A stretch of DNA of 64,000 bases from positions 49,047-113,046 of the forward strand of contig JARKPK010000029.1 of the NCBI GenBank assembly GCA_029975295.1, written 5' to 3'. Below the pieces are notes generated by a model that saw nothing but the letters and a program-made list of their open reading frames with translations, was not told where the DNA came from and ran no database searches. The stretch is from Thermoguttaceae bacterium (GTDB lineage Bacteria > Planctomycetota > Planctomycetia > Pirellulales > Thermoguttaceae). Below are positions 1-10,128 of the stretch, piece by piece. The position numbers were made by a program, and so were the translations under genes. Numbering within the stretch: the first letter of the stretch is position 1; each line of letters begins with the position of its first letter.

Positions 1-1
1 G

Positions 2-397
2 TTTGAACGCCGGCTTGCCGTCGGTGTACCAAGTGATGCCGGCCTGCTCGTACTGCTGTTTCGGAGCGGTAAGATTCGTAACCGTAACGTCGATCGCATA
101 GCGCCCTTTCGATCGGTCGGGCGCCGGCCGGAGCAGCGCGTTCTTAACGGTTTGGGCCACGCCCGGCTCCACGCGGATTTCCAGGGCGTTTTCGGCGATT
201 CGCCAAGCGGCGGGGTTCTCTCGCAGCCAGATCCAGCCTTCGCCGAGCTTGCCGCCAAACTGGTCGGAAAACACCACGGGCGCGTCGGCGGCCGAAGCAC
301 GGCCCGGGCCGAGAACCGACAGACAAACGCAACACGCCATCCACGCCGCCGCGGCCAACCGCGCGGACCAACCATCCGGCCGAACGTTCTGCATCAT
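2..397 (-). CDS. Secreted protein, N-terminal part (gene runs off the window start); concanavalin/LamG-like (DUF1080-like) jelly-roll domain suspected
   Basis: The reverse strand has an ATG-ATG start at 392-397 and no stop before position 1. It translates to MMQNVRPDGWSARLAAAAWMACCVCLSVLGPGRASAADAPVVFSDQFGGKLGEGWIWLRENPAAWRIAENALEIRVEPG..., which has a clear Sec signal peptide followed by a W/G-rich beta-sandwich-like sequence. It is absent from the ORF track only because it has no in-window stop. Family assignment is from memory. Confidence 0.5.
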   Translation of the reverse strand, partial: MMQNVRPDGWSARLAAAAWMACCVCLSVLGPGRASAADAPVVFSDQFGGKLGEGWIWLRENPAAWRIAENALEIRVEPGVAQTVKNALLRPAPDRSKGRYAIDVTVTNLTAPKQQYEQAGITWYTDGKPAFK

Positions 398-528
398 TGC
401 TGCCTCCTGATTGCGGGCGCAACGCGGCACAGCTTCTCGCGGGAGAAGCCGCGTCGTCGTGCGCCTAAACGTCGGTAGGAAACGCTTGCCCATCGCCGCT
501 TGGCGGGCGGCGAAAGACAGGCAAACCG

Positions 529-1518
529 TCAACGACGGATATCGCAAACCCGCGCCCCATGCCGCAGTGCGGCAAGCTTGTCGGGCCAGGTGGGAATGAA
601 TTCGTGGGCCACATAGCCGGCGTAGCCCACTTCAACCAGGGCCCGCATCACCGCCGGGTAATACACCTCTTGTGTTTCGTCGATTTCGCCGCGGCCCGGC
701 ACGCCGGCCGTGTGAATGTGCCCGATGTAGGGATGATATTTGCGGATGCGGCGGATCACGTCGCCGTGCATCACTTGCACATGGTAGATGTCGAACAGCA
801 ATTTCATCCGCGGAGAATCGACCCGCTTAATCAGGTCGATGCACCGTTCCACGTCGTCGCCGAAATAGCCCGGATGCCCCTTCATCGGATGCGTGTCGTC
901 GCGGGTGTTCAAGTGCTCCAGGCAGAGATTCACGCCCTTTTTCTCAGCCTCATCGATCACGGCCTTCCAACAATCGACGCAGTTCTGCTCGGCCTGTTTG
1001 TCAGAAATGCCCGCCTTGCGCATTCCGGTGAAGGTGATGACGTTGACCGCCCCGAACTCAACGGCCTGAGCGATCGCTTCGCGCAGCTTCTGCACGCAGA
1101 AATCGCGGTTGTCGGGATCGAGCGGCCCGCGTTGAAACCCGTGGCTGCTCACCAGGGAAATCGCCATGCCGGCCTCGCGGACGGCCGGATAATGCTTGGC
1201 GTCTAATCCCTCCATGGCCGAAAGGCCCATCCGCGAGCAGGCGGCAATCAGTTCGGGCATCGGAATGCCGTCGTAGCACCAGGCCATCACCGAGTGCTTG
1301 ATCAGCCCGCCGTCGGCGCGCCACGACTCGGGCGGCACGTCTTTGCCGGCCATCGACGCCGTCCCTGCGCCTGCCGCCGCCTCGGCGCCTCGAACTTGGG
1401 CGGCCCACACATCCCAAAACGGAACGGCGGCCGCGCCTCCGGCCGCCGCGCCAAGCGCGGTCTTCAACCAACGGCGGCGCGATTCGATCCGTTTTTGTTT
1501 CTCTATGCTCTCGGTCAT
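529..1518 (-). CDS. TAT-exported sugar phosphate isomerase/epimerase (xylose isomerase-like TIM barrel)
   Basis: From ORF 529..1587 I chose the internal ATG that gives MTESIEKQKRIESRRRWLKTALGAAAGGAAA, a twin-arginine (RRRWLK) signal. The body carries TIM-barrel hallmarks of the AP-endonuclease-2/xylose-isomerase-like fold (HPMKGHPGYFGDD, GHIHTAG, AHEFIP). Confidence 0.8.
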   Translation of the reverse strand: MTESIEKQKRIESRRRWLKTALGAAAGGAAAVPFWDVWAAQVRGAEAAAGAGTASMAGKDVPPESWRADGGLIKHSVMAWCYDGIPMPELIAACSRMGLSAMEGLDAKHYPAVREAGMAISLVSSHGFQRGPLDPDNRDFCVQKLREAIAQAVEFGAVNVITFTGMRKAGISDKQAEQNCVDCWKAVIDEAEKKGVNLCLEHLNTRDDTHPMKGHPGYFGDDVERCIDLIKRVDSPRMKLLFDIYHVQVMHGDVIRRIRKYHPYIGHIHTAGVPGRGEIDETQEVYYPAVMRALVEVGYAGYVAHEFIPTWPDKLAALRHGARVCDIRR

Positions 1519-1968
1519 CGGTCGTTCCTCCGTAGCGTTCAATCCATGGGCAAATGGCGAATCGATCGGCCCGCGTCCGCAAGGCAAACACCGGCCGGCA
1601 CGGCGAGCCGACTGGCAGCGTCGCCCCGGCGGATCAGCCGCCCACCGCCTTTGCCAGAGTCCTTTTTCGGCCTCAGCGTCATTGCTACCATGACTGCCCA
1701 GACGGCAAAAGTCAAGCGCGCGGGCTTCTTACACTGCCGCGCCCCGAGGCGCCGGCCTCTTTGCTCAGGGTGCTTCGAGCCTGGGTGCGCCAGAATGAAC
1801 CCGACGTCTTGGGCGTCATCAAGCGGCCACCCCTCGGAGAACGAGCAACGCAGACAGCGCAACAGCCGCCGTTGGGCGATGAAAGCAGAGCCGATCGCTG
1901 CTGTCGCCTATCAGCCAATCAGGCGTCAACCAAAGAGCCCAAAAAACGGCCAACCGAACGGCCGACGG

Positions 1969-3228
1969 TTAGCCGACGGCGCGGCCCAGCAGCCGAAGCA
2001 GATGGTAGGCCAACAACGCCGCGCCGACCATCGCCAACCAAGACTGCAACGAGGCCAACCGCTCGGAAGTCGGACTCGATGCCGAATCGACCGACGGCAA
2101 CGAGGCGATCGGCGCCAGCGAACCCGAACGAGATGGTTCCAGCGCGTCCGCCGTTGTCGGCTCGGCTCTATGGGCAACCGAAGTTGGTTCGTCTCTGCCA
2201 GCGGCCCGCAAGTTTCGATCGTGCGGATTTCCGCTTTCGGCCGGCCCACTTGGCGAGCCAACGTCCGAGGCGAACGCCGCACCGGCTTCGGCGCCCGTGT
2301 ACGCGGAACTCGGCGTGTCGGCCCCAACGCCGGGCGCCGCTGCCAAAGAATCATTTCTTCGGCTGTCGGCCGCGGGGGAAAGCGGCTGTGCGCCGGGCCA
2401 AGCGGTTGCCAATGGAACTTCGCCCGCCGCGTCTGCCAAGCGGGCCAGGCTGTCGCCTGCGCCGGCTCCCACCGGTTCCCACCGCGAAGGCCCGTCCCAG
2501 CCGCTCTGGTTCGCGTTGCGGGCGGCAGGGTCGATGCCGTTGGCCGGAGCGCCGGGCCGCGCCGCCCAAAGGGGATCTTCCGCGCGGTCCATTTGCTCCA
2601 TCTGTGCGAAGAATGGGGCGACAAACGTCCGCACCCGCCCGCAGTAGCTGCCCATCGTTCGCCCCATGCCGGTACCGAACAACACACCGGCCAGTTCGCC
2701 GCGGTGGTTGAAGATCGGCCCGCCCGAATCACCCTCGCGGGCGGGCGTGGCCACTTCGACCATCTCGAACGGCAGTCGGCCGCCCGGCGAAAGGTATTGC
2801 GTGCATTGCCCGTAGGCCATGCGATAGCTGCCGCGGCCGTACCCGGCAATGGCCAGCCACTCGCCGAGTTGCGGGGCCGTCTCGGCGATGGCGACGGGCG
2901 GCGCCTGCGGCCGCCAAATGGCCAGCGCGGCCAGATCCCAATCCCGATCGACCCCGACAACGCTCGCCGGCGAACGGAAACCATCGGGAAACGTGACCAG
3001 CACGAAACCGTCCGAATCGCGGATCACATGCCAGTTGGTCAGCACCAATCCGTAGCGGCGGTTGACCGCCACCAACGCCCCCGACCCGAACGAAACGCCC
3101 CGCTTCTCCGTGGCCATCACCCGAACCACCGACGGATGGGCCCGCACCGCCTGCGCCATTGCCGAGCGACTCGACAACGCCGCCAAGGCGCACAGCGCCA
3201 CGGCCATCGGCCAGCGATGCGCAATCAT
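1969..3228 (-). CDS. Trypsin-like serine peptidase (S1 family) with N-terminal signal peptide and C-terminal TM anchor
   Basis: From ORF 1969..3255 I took the start at MIAHRWPMAVALCALAALSSRSAMAQA, a signal peptide. The catalytic motif GDSGGPIF and a TNWHV His region are present. The C-terminus has a hydrophobic LAMVGAALLAYHLLRLL stretch. The central region is Ala/Pro/Ser-rich low complexity. Confidence 0.8.
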   Translation of the reverse strand: MIAHRWPMAVALCALAALSSRSAMAQAVRAHPSVVRVMATEKRGVSFGSGALVAVNRRYGLVLTNWHVIRDSDGFVLVTFPDGFRSPASVVGVDRDWDLAALAIWRPQAPPVAIAETAPQLGEWLAIAGYGRGSYRMAYGQCTQYLSPGGRLPFEMVEVATPAREGDSGGPIFNHRGELAGVLFGTGMGRTMGSYCGRVRTFVAPFFAQMEQMDRAEDPLWAARPGAPANGIDPAARNANQSGWDGPSRWEPVGAGAGDSLARLADAAGEVPLATAWPGAQPLSPAADSRRNDSLAAAPGVGADTPSSAYTGAEAGAAFASDVGSPSGPAESGNPHDRNLRAAGRDEPTSVAHRAEPTTADALEPSRSGSLAPIASLPSVDSASSPTSERLASLQSWLAMVGAALLAYHLLRLLGRAVG

Positions 3229-3937
3229 AGTACCTGCCGTTTGGGTAGGGCACACGGGTCCGCCGACAACGCAACACCAAGCCTCTCATGCAGTGCCACC
3301 GATCAGCCCAGGCTGCGTCAACGCCGCTGAACTCAAGCGACGCTTCGTGATGGTGCAGCCGAGCCGCTGTTCGTGGAACCGCATCTTGGGACCGGGGCCC
3401 AGCGGTTGCGTTCCGCCGCGGGTGTTTCTTCGGGTTCGACGGGCCTCTCGGCGGAGGGAAGGCCTTCGTCAAGTTCGTGGTAGTCGTCAACTCATGGGAA
3501 ACGGTCGTTTGCAACGGCCTGGGGGAAGCGTCCCTTCACCGAAGGGCGAAATGGGCCGGACGAACGGCGCGGGCGGGTGGCCGGCGCGCCATCGCAACGG
3601 CCGATCCGAACGCGGCAGTGATTCGAGCCACCCCAGCGCCCTCTTGATTCGTCCTGAGCAGGGGGCGGAGTAAAGCGGCGTCGGGCGGGGCGGGCTTAGC
3701 TTATCTGTTGCCTATTTCGCGCTTTTGCCGCTCATACGGCACGATCGCCCGAAACGATCGCCGGACCGCTCCGACAGGTCGGATTCGGCCGGTTAGGCCG
3801 CGTGCCGGTCTGGTCGGCATCGCTACAAGTTCGTTGGGCCCCCCAACCCCGACGCCTGCCGAGAACCCAAACGGCACTGCTCTCAGGACGGCAACAAAGC
3901 AGCGGCCCGCAATGAGTTTCGCCGTCGGAGGAGTTCG

Positions 3938-3966
3938 TTGACAACCGTAGGCAGCGAACTTAGACT
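3938..3966 (+). promoter_or_regulatory. Candidate sigma70-type promoter for argH: TTGACA, 17-nt spacer, TAGACT
   Basis: TTGACA lies at 3938-3943 and TAGACT at 3961-3966, with exactly 17 nt between them. The site is in the less GC-rich part of the 830-bp divergent intergenic region, about 95 nt upstream of the argH start. Confidence 0.35.
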
Positions 3967-4061
3967 ACTTTTTGTGCAGCCCAAAGCTGCTTTTCTGGGC
4001 AAGCACTGCGGTTTGCGGCAAGAAAGGCCGCCGCTGAACAATCTCTCCCATTGCGCCGGTC

Positions 4062-5519
4062 GTGACGGCCGACCGATTCCATCTGGACAAAGAGCCGCAA
4101 CCACTTACTGAACAGTATCTTGCAATAAATCGGAATTGGGCCGTGGAACAGAAACCGTGGGGTGGTGTTTTCGACCAAGCCACCGATCGCCGCGTCGAAC
4201 AGTTCACCGAGAGCATCAGCTTCGATCGGCGTCTCTATCGGCACGACATCTCCGGCTCAATCGCCCATGCCGAAATGCTCGCTGCCGTGGGACTGATCTC
4301 GGACGAGGAGTGCCGCCAGATCGTCGCGACCCTGCGGGCGATCGGTGTCGAGATCGACGAAGGCCGTTTTGAGTTCCGCACCGAGTGGGAAGACATCCAC
4401 ATGCACATCGAACGGGCGCTGATCGAACGCCTAGGCGATGTGGGTAAGAAGTTGCACACCGCCCGCAGCCGCAACGATCAGGTCTCGACCGATTTGCGGC
4501 TATGGGTCCGCGACGCCATCGACCGGATCGATTCGGCCTTGATCGCGTTGCAGAAGGCCTTTGTGAACCGCTGCCCGGGCGATGCCGATGTGGTGATACC
4601 CGCCTATACTCATCTTCGCCGCGCGCAACCGGTATTGGCGGCCCACTGCTGGTTGGCCTATTGCGAGAAGTTCGAGCGCGACCGCTCGCGCTTGGCCGAC
4701 TGCCGCAAGCGGGTCAATGTGCTGTCGCTGGGCGCAGCGGCGTTGGCCGGAACCAGTCTGCCGATCGACCGCCGCTTTGTTGCCGCCCGCCTCGGCTTCG
4801 ACGACGTGGCGGCCAACAGCCTCGACGTATCGAGCGACCGCGACTTCGCCATCGAATTCGTCTTCTGCCTGTGTCTGATCGCCGAACATCTCAGCGGCTG
4901 GGCCGAAGAGTGGATTCTTTGGTCGGGCGTCGAGTTCAACATGCTCGATCTGCCGCAGGCCTTCTGCACCGGCTCGTCGATCATGCCCCAGAAGGTGAAT
5001 CCCGACGTGCTGGAATTGATCCGGGGAAAAACGGCGCGCGTTGTCGGCGCGTTGCAAACGCTTCTGGTGCTTGTCAAAGGCTTGCCGCTGGCCTACAACC
5101 GCGATCTCCAGGAAGACAAATTGCCTTTGTTCGACGCCTTTGACACCGTTGAATCCTGCCTGACACTGGCCGCGCCCCTGGTGGCCGGCGCCGAACTGAA
5201 ACGCGAGTCGATCGCCGCCCAGCTCGATCGCGGCTATCTCGACGCCACAACGCTGATGGAGCATTTCATCCGGCGCGGCATGCCGCAACGGGCGGCGCAC
5301 CATGCCGTCGGCAAGCTGGTGAAGATCGCCATGCAGCAGAATCTGCCCCTGGCAGCGCTGCCGATCGAACAGTTTCGCGACGTTGACCCCGGACTCGACG
5401 AAGGGATCTATCAGGTTCTCGGGGCGGCCAACGCCGTGGCAGTCATGCAAAGCGAAGGCTCGACCGGGCCCGAACAAGTCCGGGCTCAAATCGCCCGTTG
5501 GCAGCAAAGGCTGGATTGA
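4062..5519 (+). CDS. argH: Argininosuccinate lyase
   Basis: Full-length similarity to ArgH/fumarase class-II lyases, including KPWGGVF...[11 protein letters not shown], the GSS(I)MPQKVNPD signature loop, and TARSRNDQV. The annotated start is GTG. An alternative in-frame GTG at 4143, just before KPWGG, would give a more typical N-terminus. Confidence 0.9.
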   Translation: MTADRFHLDKEPQPLTEQYLAINRNWAVEQKPWGGVFDQATDRRVEQFTESISFDRRLYRHDISGSIAHAEMLAAVGLISDEECRQIVATLRAIGVEIDEGRFEFRTEWEDIHMHIERALIERLGDVGKKLHTARSRNDQVSTDLRLWVRDAIDRIDSALIALQKAFVNRCPGDADVVIPAYTHLRRAQPVLAAHCWLAYCEKFERDRSRLADCRKRVNVLSLGAAALAGTSLPIDRRFVAARLGFDDVAANSLDVSSDRDFAIEFVFCLCLIAEHLSGWAEEWILWSGVEFNMLDLPQAFCTGSSIMPQKVNPDVLELIRGKTARVVGALQTLLVLVKGLPLAYNRDLQEDKLPLFDAFDTVESCLTLAAPLVAGAELKRESIAAQLDRGYLDATTLMEHFIRRGMPQRAAHHAVGKLVKIAMQQNLPLAALPIEQFRDVDPGLDEGIYQVLGAANAVAVMQSEGSTGPEQVRAQIARWQQRLD

Positions 5520-5654
5520 ACTGCTTAGTTCGCATAAGCTCGCACCGTTCGACGGACTTTCCGCGGGAGCCCGAGACTCACGACAAAAAGTCGCCCGCTA
5601 GCCGCCGCCCCGTTTGAATTCCGGCAACAGACACGACCATCGACGGACGCTCCG

Positions 5655-8003
5655 ATGCACCACAACCACCACTGCGGCAAACGTCAACCCATCGCCATGC
5701 TCCGTTTTGCGCGTCGGCGGATGGGTCGGCGCAGCGCGTCGGCCTTTGCGGCCCTGGCCACGACATGGCTTTGCTGTTGCATTTGCGCTGCCGTGGGCTC
5801 GGCCGCTGATCCGGGCAGAGAAGGCCCCGGCGGTGCAGCCGCGTCCCAGGCCGAGGCCCCTCCCCTGCCCGCCGCCGTGCAGGCTGTGCTGGCCACCAAA
5901 CCGACCAAGCCCGATGAGTTGCTCCGTGCCGCGCGAACGCTGGCCGGCCTGGGCCAGCCGGAACTGGCTCGGCAGATGCTCAAGCGTGTGCTCGACGCGC
6001 AACTCGACGCGGCCGCACTGGCCGACTTGGCCGAGCGATTCGGCTCGCCGGTGTTCGTGGGATTGGCCACGCAGGCCGACGTGCAGCCCGAGGGCGCCGA
6101 ACTCGCCAAACGCGTGCTCGACGCCTGGCAGTCCGAGCTTCAATCGCCGCAACGCATCGCCCGCAACATTGAATCGCTGGCCGATCCGTCCGAGGCGAAA
6201 CGTGCGGCCGCGGCCCGCTCCCTGCTGGCCGCTCGCCATGCGGCCATCGGCCCGCTGTTGAGCATGTTGCTCGACGCCAGCCGCACCGCCGAGCATTCGC
6301 GCGGTCGGGCCGTGCTGGTCGCCATGGGATCCGAGGCGGCGGCCCCGCTGGCGGCCGTGGTCGAAAGCGACGATGCCGCGGCGGCCGTCGAAGCCGCCCG
6401 GCTTCTGGGCGAAATGAAGGCGAAAGACGGCCTCTACTCGTTGCTGGCGCCGGCGCTGGCCACCGACTCGCCGCCCGAGTTGCGCGCCGCCGCCGCAACG
6501 GCCCTGCAACGCATGCGGGGTTCGATTCCCACGGCCGGCGAAGCCGCGGCCTTGCTCGCTCAACGGGCCCGCGAGCATCACGAAGGCAGCCGACCGACGG
6601 TGGGCGTGATCGAAGGCCGAGCGACCGATTGGAGCTGGGACAAGCAGAAGAAAGCGGTCGTCGGCCGGCCCGTTCCCGAGCCGCAAATGCGCCGGTCGCT
6701 TGCCGCTCGTTTAGCGCGATCTGCCCATCAACTCGACACCAACGACGCCCGCATCCGGTTGTTGCATGTGGCCACCATGCTGGAAGAAGAGGCCTATCGC
6801 GTCGGCCGCGGCCAACCGCTTCCGCACGATTCGGGCTCGGCGGCAGAGCGCGCGGCAGCGTTCGGCGCGGCAGTGCTGGAAGACGTGTTGCAGCACGCGC
6901 TGGCCACCGATCATCCCGCGGCTGGCGCGGCGGCGATCGAGATTCTTTCGCGGATCGGATCAGCCGACGAATTGCTGATGGCCGGACCGCGGCCCGGCCC
7001 GGTGGCGTTGGCGCTGACCAGTCCCGACCGACGCCTGCGTTTGGCCGCCGCCAAGGCGATTACGGGCTGGGCCCCCAAGCGGCCTTTCGCCGGCGCCAGC
7101 CAATTGGCCCCCGCTCTGGCTTGGTTCGCGCAGACGCGGGGAACGCCGCGGGTGCTGCTGGCCGGGCCGATCGCGGGCGACTTGCGAACAATCGCCGGCG
7201 CGCTGACCGAGCGAAAGATCCAGGCCGATCTGGCCGCGCTGGGAAGCGAAGCCACGCTCTCGGCCGTCAGTTCGCCCGACTACCTCTACGTCGTCCTCGA
7301 TATGCAACTGACCCGTCCGCAAGTCGATTTGGTGGTGCAGCAGTTGCGGCGCGATCCGCGATCGGCCGAGCTGCCCATCGGGCTGATGGCCCGCGACGGG
7401 CTGCTCCCGGCGGCCGAACGGCTGGCGCGAACCTATCGCGGCACGCTGGCCCTGCCCCGCCCGCACGGCGACGACGCCATTGCTTGGCAGAGCGAGAAGC
7501 TCGAAGCCCTTTGGGGTGAAAACGCCGTGGACGACGCCGAACGGATTCGACAAGCAACCGAGGCGTTAGACATGCTTGCCGTTTGGGCCAAGAGCGAAGC
7601 CGCCTGGTTCGAGCTGCGCAAGGCCGAGCCGGCCGTTCTGTCGGCCTTGCGGACGCCCAGCCTGGTTTCGCATGCGTTGGAATTGGCGGCGCTGCTGGGC
7701 ACGCCGGCGGCGCAGCAAACGTTGGTTGGTTTGGCCTCGGAGGAAACCAACCCGCTGGACGTGCGCACGGCGGCGGTCGAACGTTTCGGCCAGAGCGTGA
7801 AGAAACACGGCATCTTGCTTACGGCCGCTGAGATCGAGCGTCAATACGCCCGCTACAACCAAAGCGCCGCTGCCCCGCCGGAAACCCAGAAGGTTCTCGG
7901 CGCGCTGCTCGACGTGATCGAGTCGCGCATCCGGAAGTCGCCGTCGGCCGAACCGAAGAAATCCGATTCACCGGAGCAGGACAATCGGGCCGAAACGAGC
8001 TGA
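5655..8003 (+). CDS. Secreted HEAT/PBS-lyase-like repeat protein (782 aa)
   Basis: A signal-like N-terminus MLRFARRRMGRRSASAFAALATTWLCCCICAAVGSAA begins at a second ATG at 5697. Repeated helical LLxxL/AAxxAL units with DxxVRxxAAxAL-like HEAT periodicity follow, for example DSPPELRAAAATALQRM. Composition is strongly Ala/Leu. Function is unknown. Confidence 0.6.
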   Translation: MHHNHHCGKRQPIAMLRFARRRMGRRSASAFAALATTWLCCCICAAVGSAADPGREGPGGAAASQAEAPPLPAAVQAVLATKPTKPDELLRAARTLAGLGQPELARQMLKRVLDAQLDAAALADLAERFGSPVFVGLATQADVQPEGAELAKRVLDAWQSELQSPQRIARNIESLADPSEAKRAAAARSLLAARHAAIGPLLSMLLDASRTAEHSRGRAVLVAMGSEAAAPLAAVVESDDAAAAVEAARLLGEMKAKDGLYSLLAPALATDSPPELRAAAATALQRMRGSIPTAGEAAALLAQRAREHHEGSRPTVGVIEGRATDWSWDKQKKAVVGRPVPEPQMRRSLAARLARSAHQLDTNDARIRLLHVATMLEEEAYRVGRGQPLPHDSGSAAERAAAFGAAVLEDVLQHALATDHPAAGAAAIEILSRIGSADELLMAGPRPGPVALALTSPDRRLRLAAAKAITGWAPKRPFAGASQLAPALAWFAQTRGTPRVLLAGPIAGDLRTIAGALTERKIQADLAALGSEATLSAVSSPDYLYVVLDMQLTRPQVDLVVQQLRRDPRSAELPIGLMARDGLLPAAERLARTYRGTLALPRPHGDDAIAWQSEKLEALWGENAVDDAERIRQATEALDMLAVWAKSEAAWFELRKAEPAVLSALRTPSLVSHALELAALLGTPAAQQTLVGLASEETNPLDVRTAAVERFGQSVKKHGILLTAAEIERQYARYNQSAAAPPETQKVLGALLDVIESRIRKSPSAEPKKSDSPEQDNRAETS

Positions 8004-8079
8004 TCGTGATTCAGCGGCAACGGCAGTCGCTCGACTTGTCAACCGCCGCACTGGTTGAAAGAACCGCTAGCCGACCACG

Positions 8080-9168
8080 GTGCCCAACATGGCCATGGCA
8101 CAAACGCGTTTGAACGCCGCGGCGCACGCCGGCGACGACGACGGCCCGCCGATCGCCGGCCTGATCGGTTCGGGCCCCGCCATGCGCCAGGTGTACCGCC
8201 TGACGCGGAAGGTGGCGCACTGCAACACATCTGTGGTGCTGCTGGGCGAAACGGGCACGGGCAAGGAGCTGATCGCCAAGGCGATTCACCGACTTAGCCC
8301 GCGCAACTCGGGGCCGTTCATCCGCGTCAATTGCGGCGCATTGGCCGAGAACCTGCTGGAAAGCGAACTGTTCGGCCACGTGCGCGGCGCGTTCACCGGC
8401 GCCATCGACAACCGAACCGGCCGTTTCGAAGCCGCCCACACCGGCACGATCTTTCTCGACGAAATCAATTCGACTTCGCCGAAACTTCAAAGCAAACTGC
8501 TCCGCGTATTGCAGGAACACGAGTTCGAGCGCGTCGGCGACACGCAAACGATCCGCGTCGACACCCGAGTGGTCGCCGCCAGCAATCGCGACCTGCTCGA
8601 AGAAGTCGAGGCCGGGCGGTTCCGCGAGGATCTTTACTATCGGCTGAACGTCTTCATGATCTGTTTGCCCCCGCTCCGCGAACGGCGCGAAGACATTCCC
8701 GAGCTGGTCTATTACTTCCTGAAACTCTATGGGCAAGCCAACAACCATGCCGTGCCGCACGTCGCTCCGGCCGCCATGAAGGCTCTTCAGGAGTACGACT
8801 GGCCCGGCAACGTGCGCGAACTGCAAAACTACATCGAACGCGCCGTAGTGCTCGCCCCCGGCGACGAATTGACGCCCGACCTGTTGCCCGACGTCCTCTT
8901 GGGCAAACGCCCGCGAGGCATCGGCCGCCGCAAACCCGCCGACTTCGACTCGCTGGCCGCCGACCTGGTGGCCGCGGGCATCACGGCCGCGGGGCCCAAG
9001 TCGGAACAACTGCACGCAACCATCGTCAATCGTGTCGAGCGGGAACTGATCGCCCAGGTGCTGGCCGAGTGCGAACACGTGCAAGTTCGCGCCGCCGAAC
9101 GGCTGGGAATCAACCGCAACACGCTGCATAAGAAGATCGCCGAATACGGCCTGGGCGACGCCGATTGA
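8080..9168 (+). CDS. Sigma-54-dependent transcriptional activator (AAA+ sigma54-interaction domain plus C-terminal Fis-type HTH; no N-terminal receiver/sensor domain)
   Basis: Walker A GETGTGKE, the GAFTGA sigma54-contact motif, Walker B FLDEI, ESELFGH, and a C-terminal [13 protein letters not shown] helix-turn-helix are all present. Only about 30 residues precede the AAA+ core. An ATG at 8089 (MAMAQ) is an alternative to the GTG at 8080. Confidence 0.85.
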   Translation: MPNMAMAQTRLNAAAHAGDDDGPPIAGLIGSGPAMRQVYRLTRKVAHCNTSVVLLGETGTGKELIAKAIHRLSPRNSGPFIRVNCGALAENLLESELFGHVRGAFTGAIDNRTGRFEAAHTGTIFLDEINSTSPKLQSKLLRVLQEHEFERVGDTQTIRVDTRVVAASNRDLLEEVEAGRFREDLYYRLNVFMICLPPLRERREDIPELVYYFLKLYGQANNHAVPHVAPAAMKALQEYDWPGNVRELQNYIERAVVLAPGDELTPDLLPDVLLGKRPRGIGRRKPADFDSLAADLVAAGITAAGPKSEQLHATIVNRVERELIAQVLAECEHVQVRAAERLGINRNTLHKKIAEYGLGDAD

Positions 9169-9246
9169 TCGCGCAATCACGCGCGACGGCCAATGCCGCA
9201 CTCGATCCCGGCTTGTCGGCCGGAAAGCATGCCGAAAACGCGACAA

Positions 9247-9285
9247 GCCGCCGGTTCGCTGCCGAACCGACAGTGAACCGGCGGC
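9247..9285. terminator. Perfect 11-bp inverted repeat (GCCGCCGGTTC / GAACCGGCGGC, 17-nt loop) between the convergent sigma54-activator and thioredoxin genes
   Basis: I read this directly from the sequence. A 3-4 U run follows on the minus strand, so I regard it only as a possible terminator. Confidence 0.3.
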
Positions 9286-9348
9286 CTTCACCCATCGCCC
9301 AACGTCCGCGCCGCTGCGTCCCGAGTTCGGGTGACGATCAACGGCGGC

Positions 9349-9687
9349 CTACCGCTCGAGCATCGCCTTGATCTGCGCCTTGCCCACCAAGCCGACGGTC
9401 TGATCGACAACACGGCCGTTCTTGAACACCATCATTGCCGGAATCGAACTGATGTTGTAGTGCGCGGCCAACTCGGGGTTCTGATCGACATTCACCTTAA
9501 CCACCCGCGCGTCGGTCACCTCGGCGGCCACCTGTTCCAAAATCGGCGACAACCGTTGGCACGGCCCGCACCAATCGGCATAAAAATCCACCAACACAGG
9601 GGTCTTCGCCCGAAGAACCATGTCGGCGAACGTCGCCGTCGTAGCATGGTGTACCTTTCCCGCTTCGGTCTGTTCCAAAGAAACCAT
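9349..9687 (-). CDS. trxA: Thioredoxin
   Basis: The WCGPC active site is present in a ~112-aa thioredoxin fold (VLVDFYADWCGPCQ...IPAMMVFKNG). An internal ATG is preceded by AAAGGAGTGG, one of the few strong Shine-Dalgarno matches in this window. The long ORF form (start 9861) would add a hydrophobic 58-aa extension. Confidence 0.85.
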   Translation of the reverse strand: MVSLEQTEAGKVHHATTATFADMVLRAKTPVLVDFYADWCGPCQRLSPILEQVAAEVTDARVVKVNVDQNPELAAHYNISSIPAMMVFKNGRVVDQTVGLVGKAQIKAMLER

Positions 9688-10128
9688 TTTCGCCACTCCT
9701 TTCGTCGCAAAGCCTGACGTGTTTTTCGTTCGCGCCTGTTGGTCCGCAGCTTCGGCGCGGAGGCAGCCGGGCGTCAGCCAGCATGCCGTCGCCGCAATCG
9801 CAATCACCGCAGCCGCCGAACCGAGCAATCCGATCCATGTCCGCATCTTCTGCACGCGCATTTCGACCTCCTGAGCATTCGATAAAGGCGTCCTACCTGC
9901 TCCGTTTCATCACACACTCAGCCGCTTGCTCTGCGGCAACCGGCAGCCATCGTGCCGGCGGCTGGCAATCGCCGCATAACAGTACTGATGCCGAGCCGGC
10001 CCGCGCGGTTACATGGGCAAAAAAGAATCGCCCCCGGGCCGCGCGGAACGATGCGGGAGGGACTCGCAAGTGGTTGCCGCTTCCAGAAATAGGCCGGCGG
10101 CATTACGGGCGCGGCAAGCCTGCGCCGT

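Noticed and set aside
1294-3330. 678-aa ORF on the plus strand, and many similar long ORFs (for example 1554..2711, 13215..14606 on the minus strand, 13619..15484, 18996..21113, 22619..24058, 25690..27138 on the minus strand, 47384..48571, 52856..54811, 58041..58463)
   Set aside because: They overlap domain-bearing genes on the opposite strand or in another frame. Their translations are Arg/Ala/Pro/Gly-rich low-complexity sequence typical of GC-driven spurious ORFs, with no motifs.
9497-9874. Sigma54-like GG-N10-GC match (CTGGCTGACGCCCGGCTGC) upstream of trxA, and other TGGCAC occurrences (for example 24131)
   Set aside because: The matches are partial (the -12 element lacks TTGC), the spacing is wrong at the other sites, and the site lies inside the alternative trxA N-terminus. 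It is not convincing.
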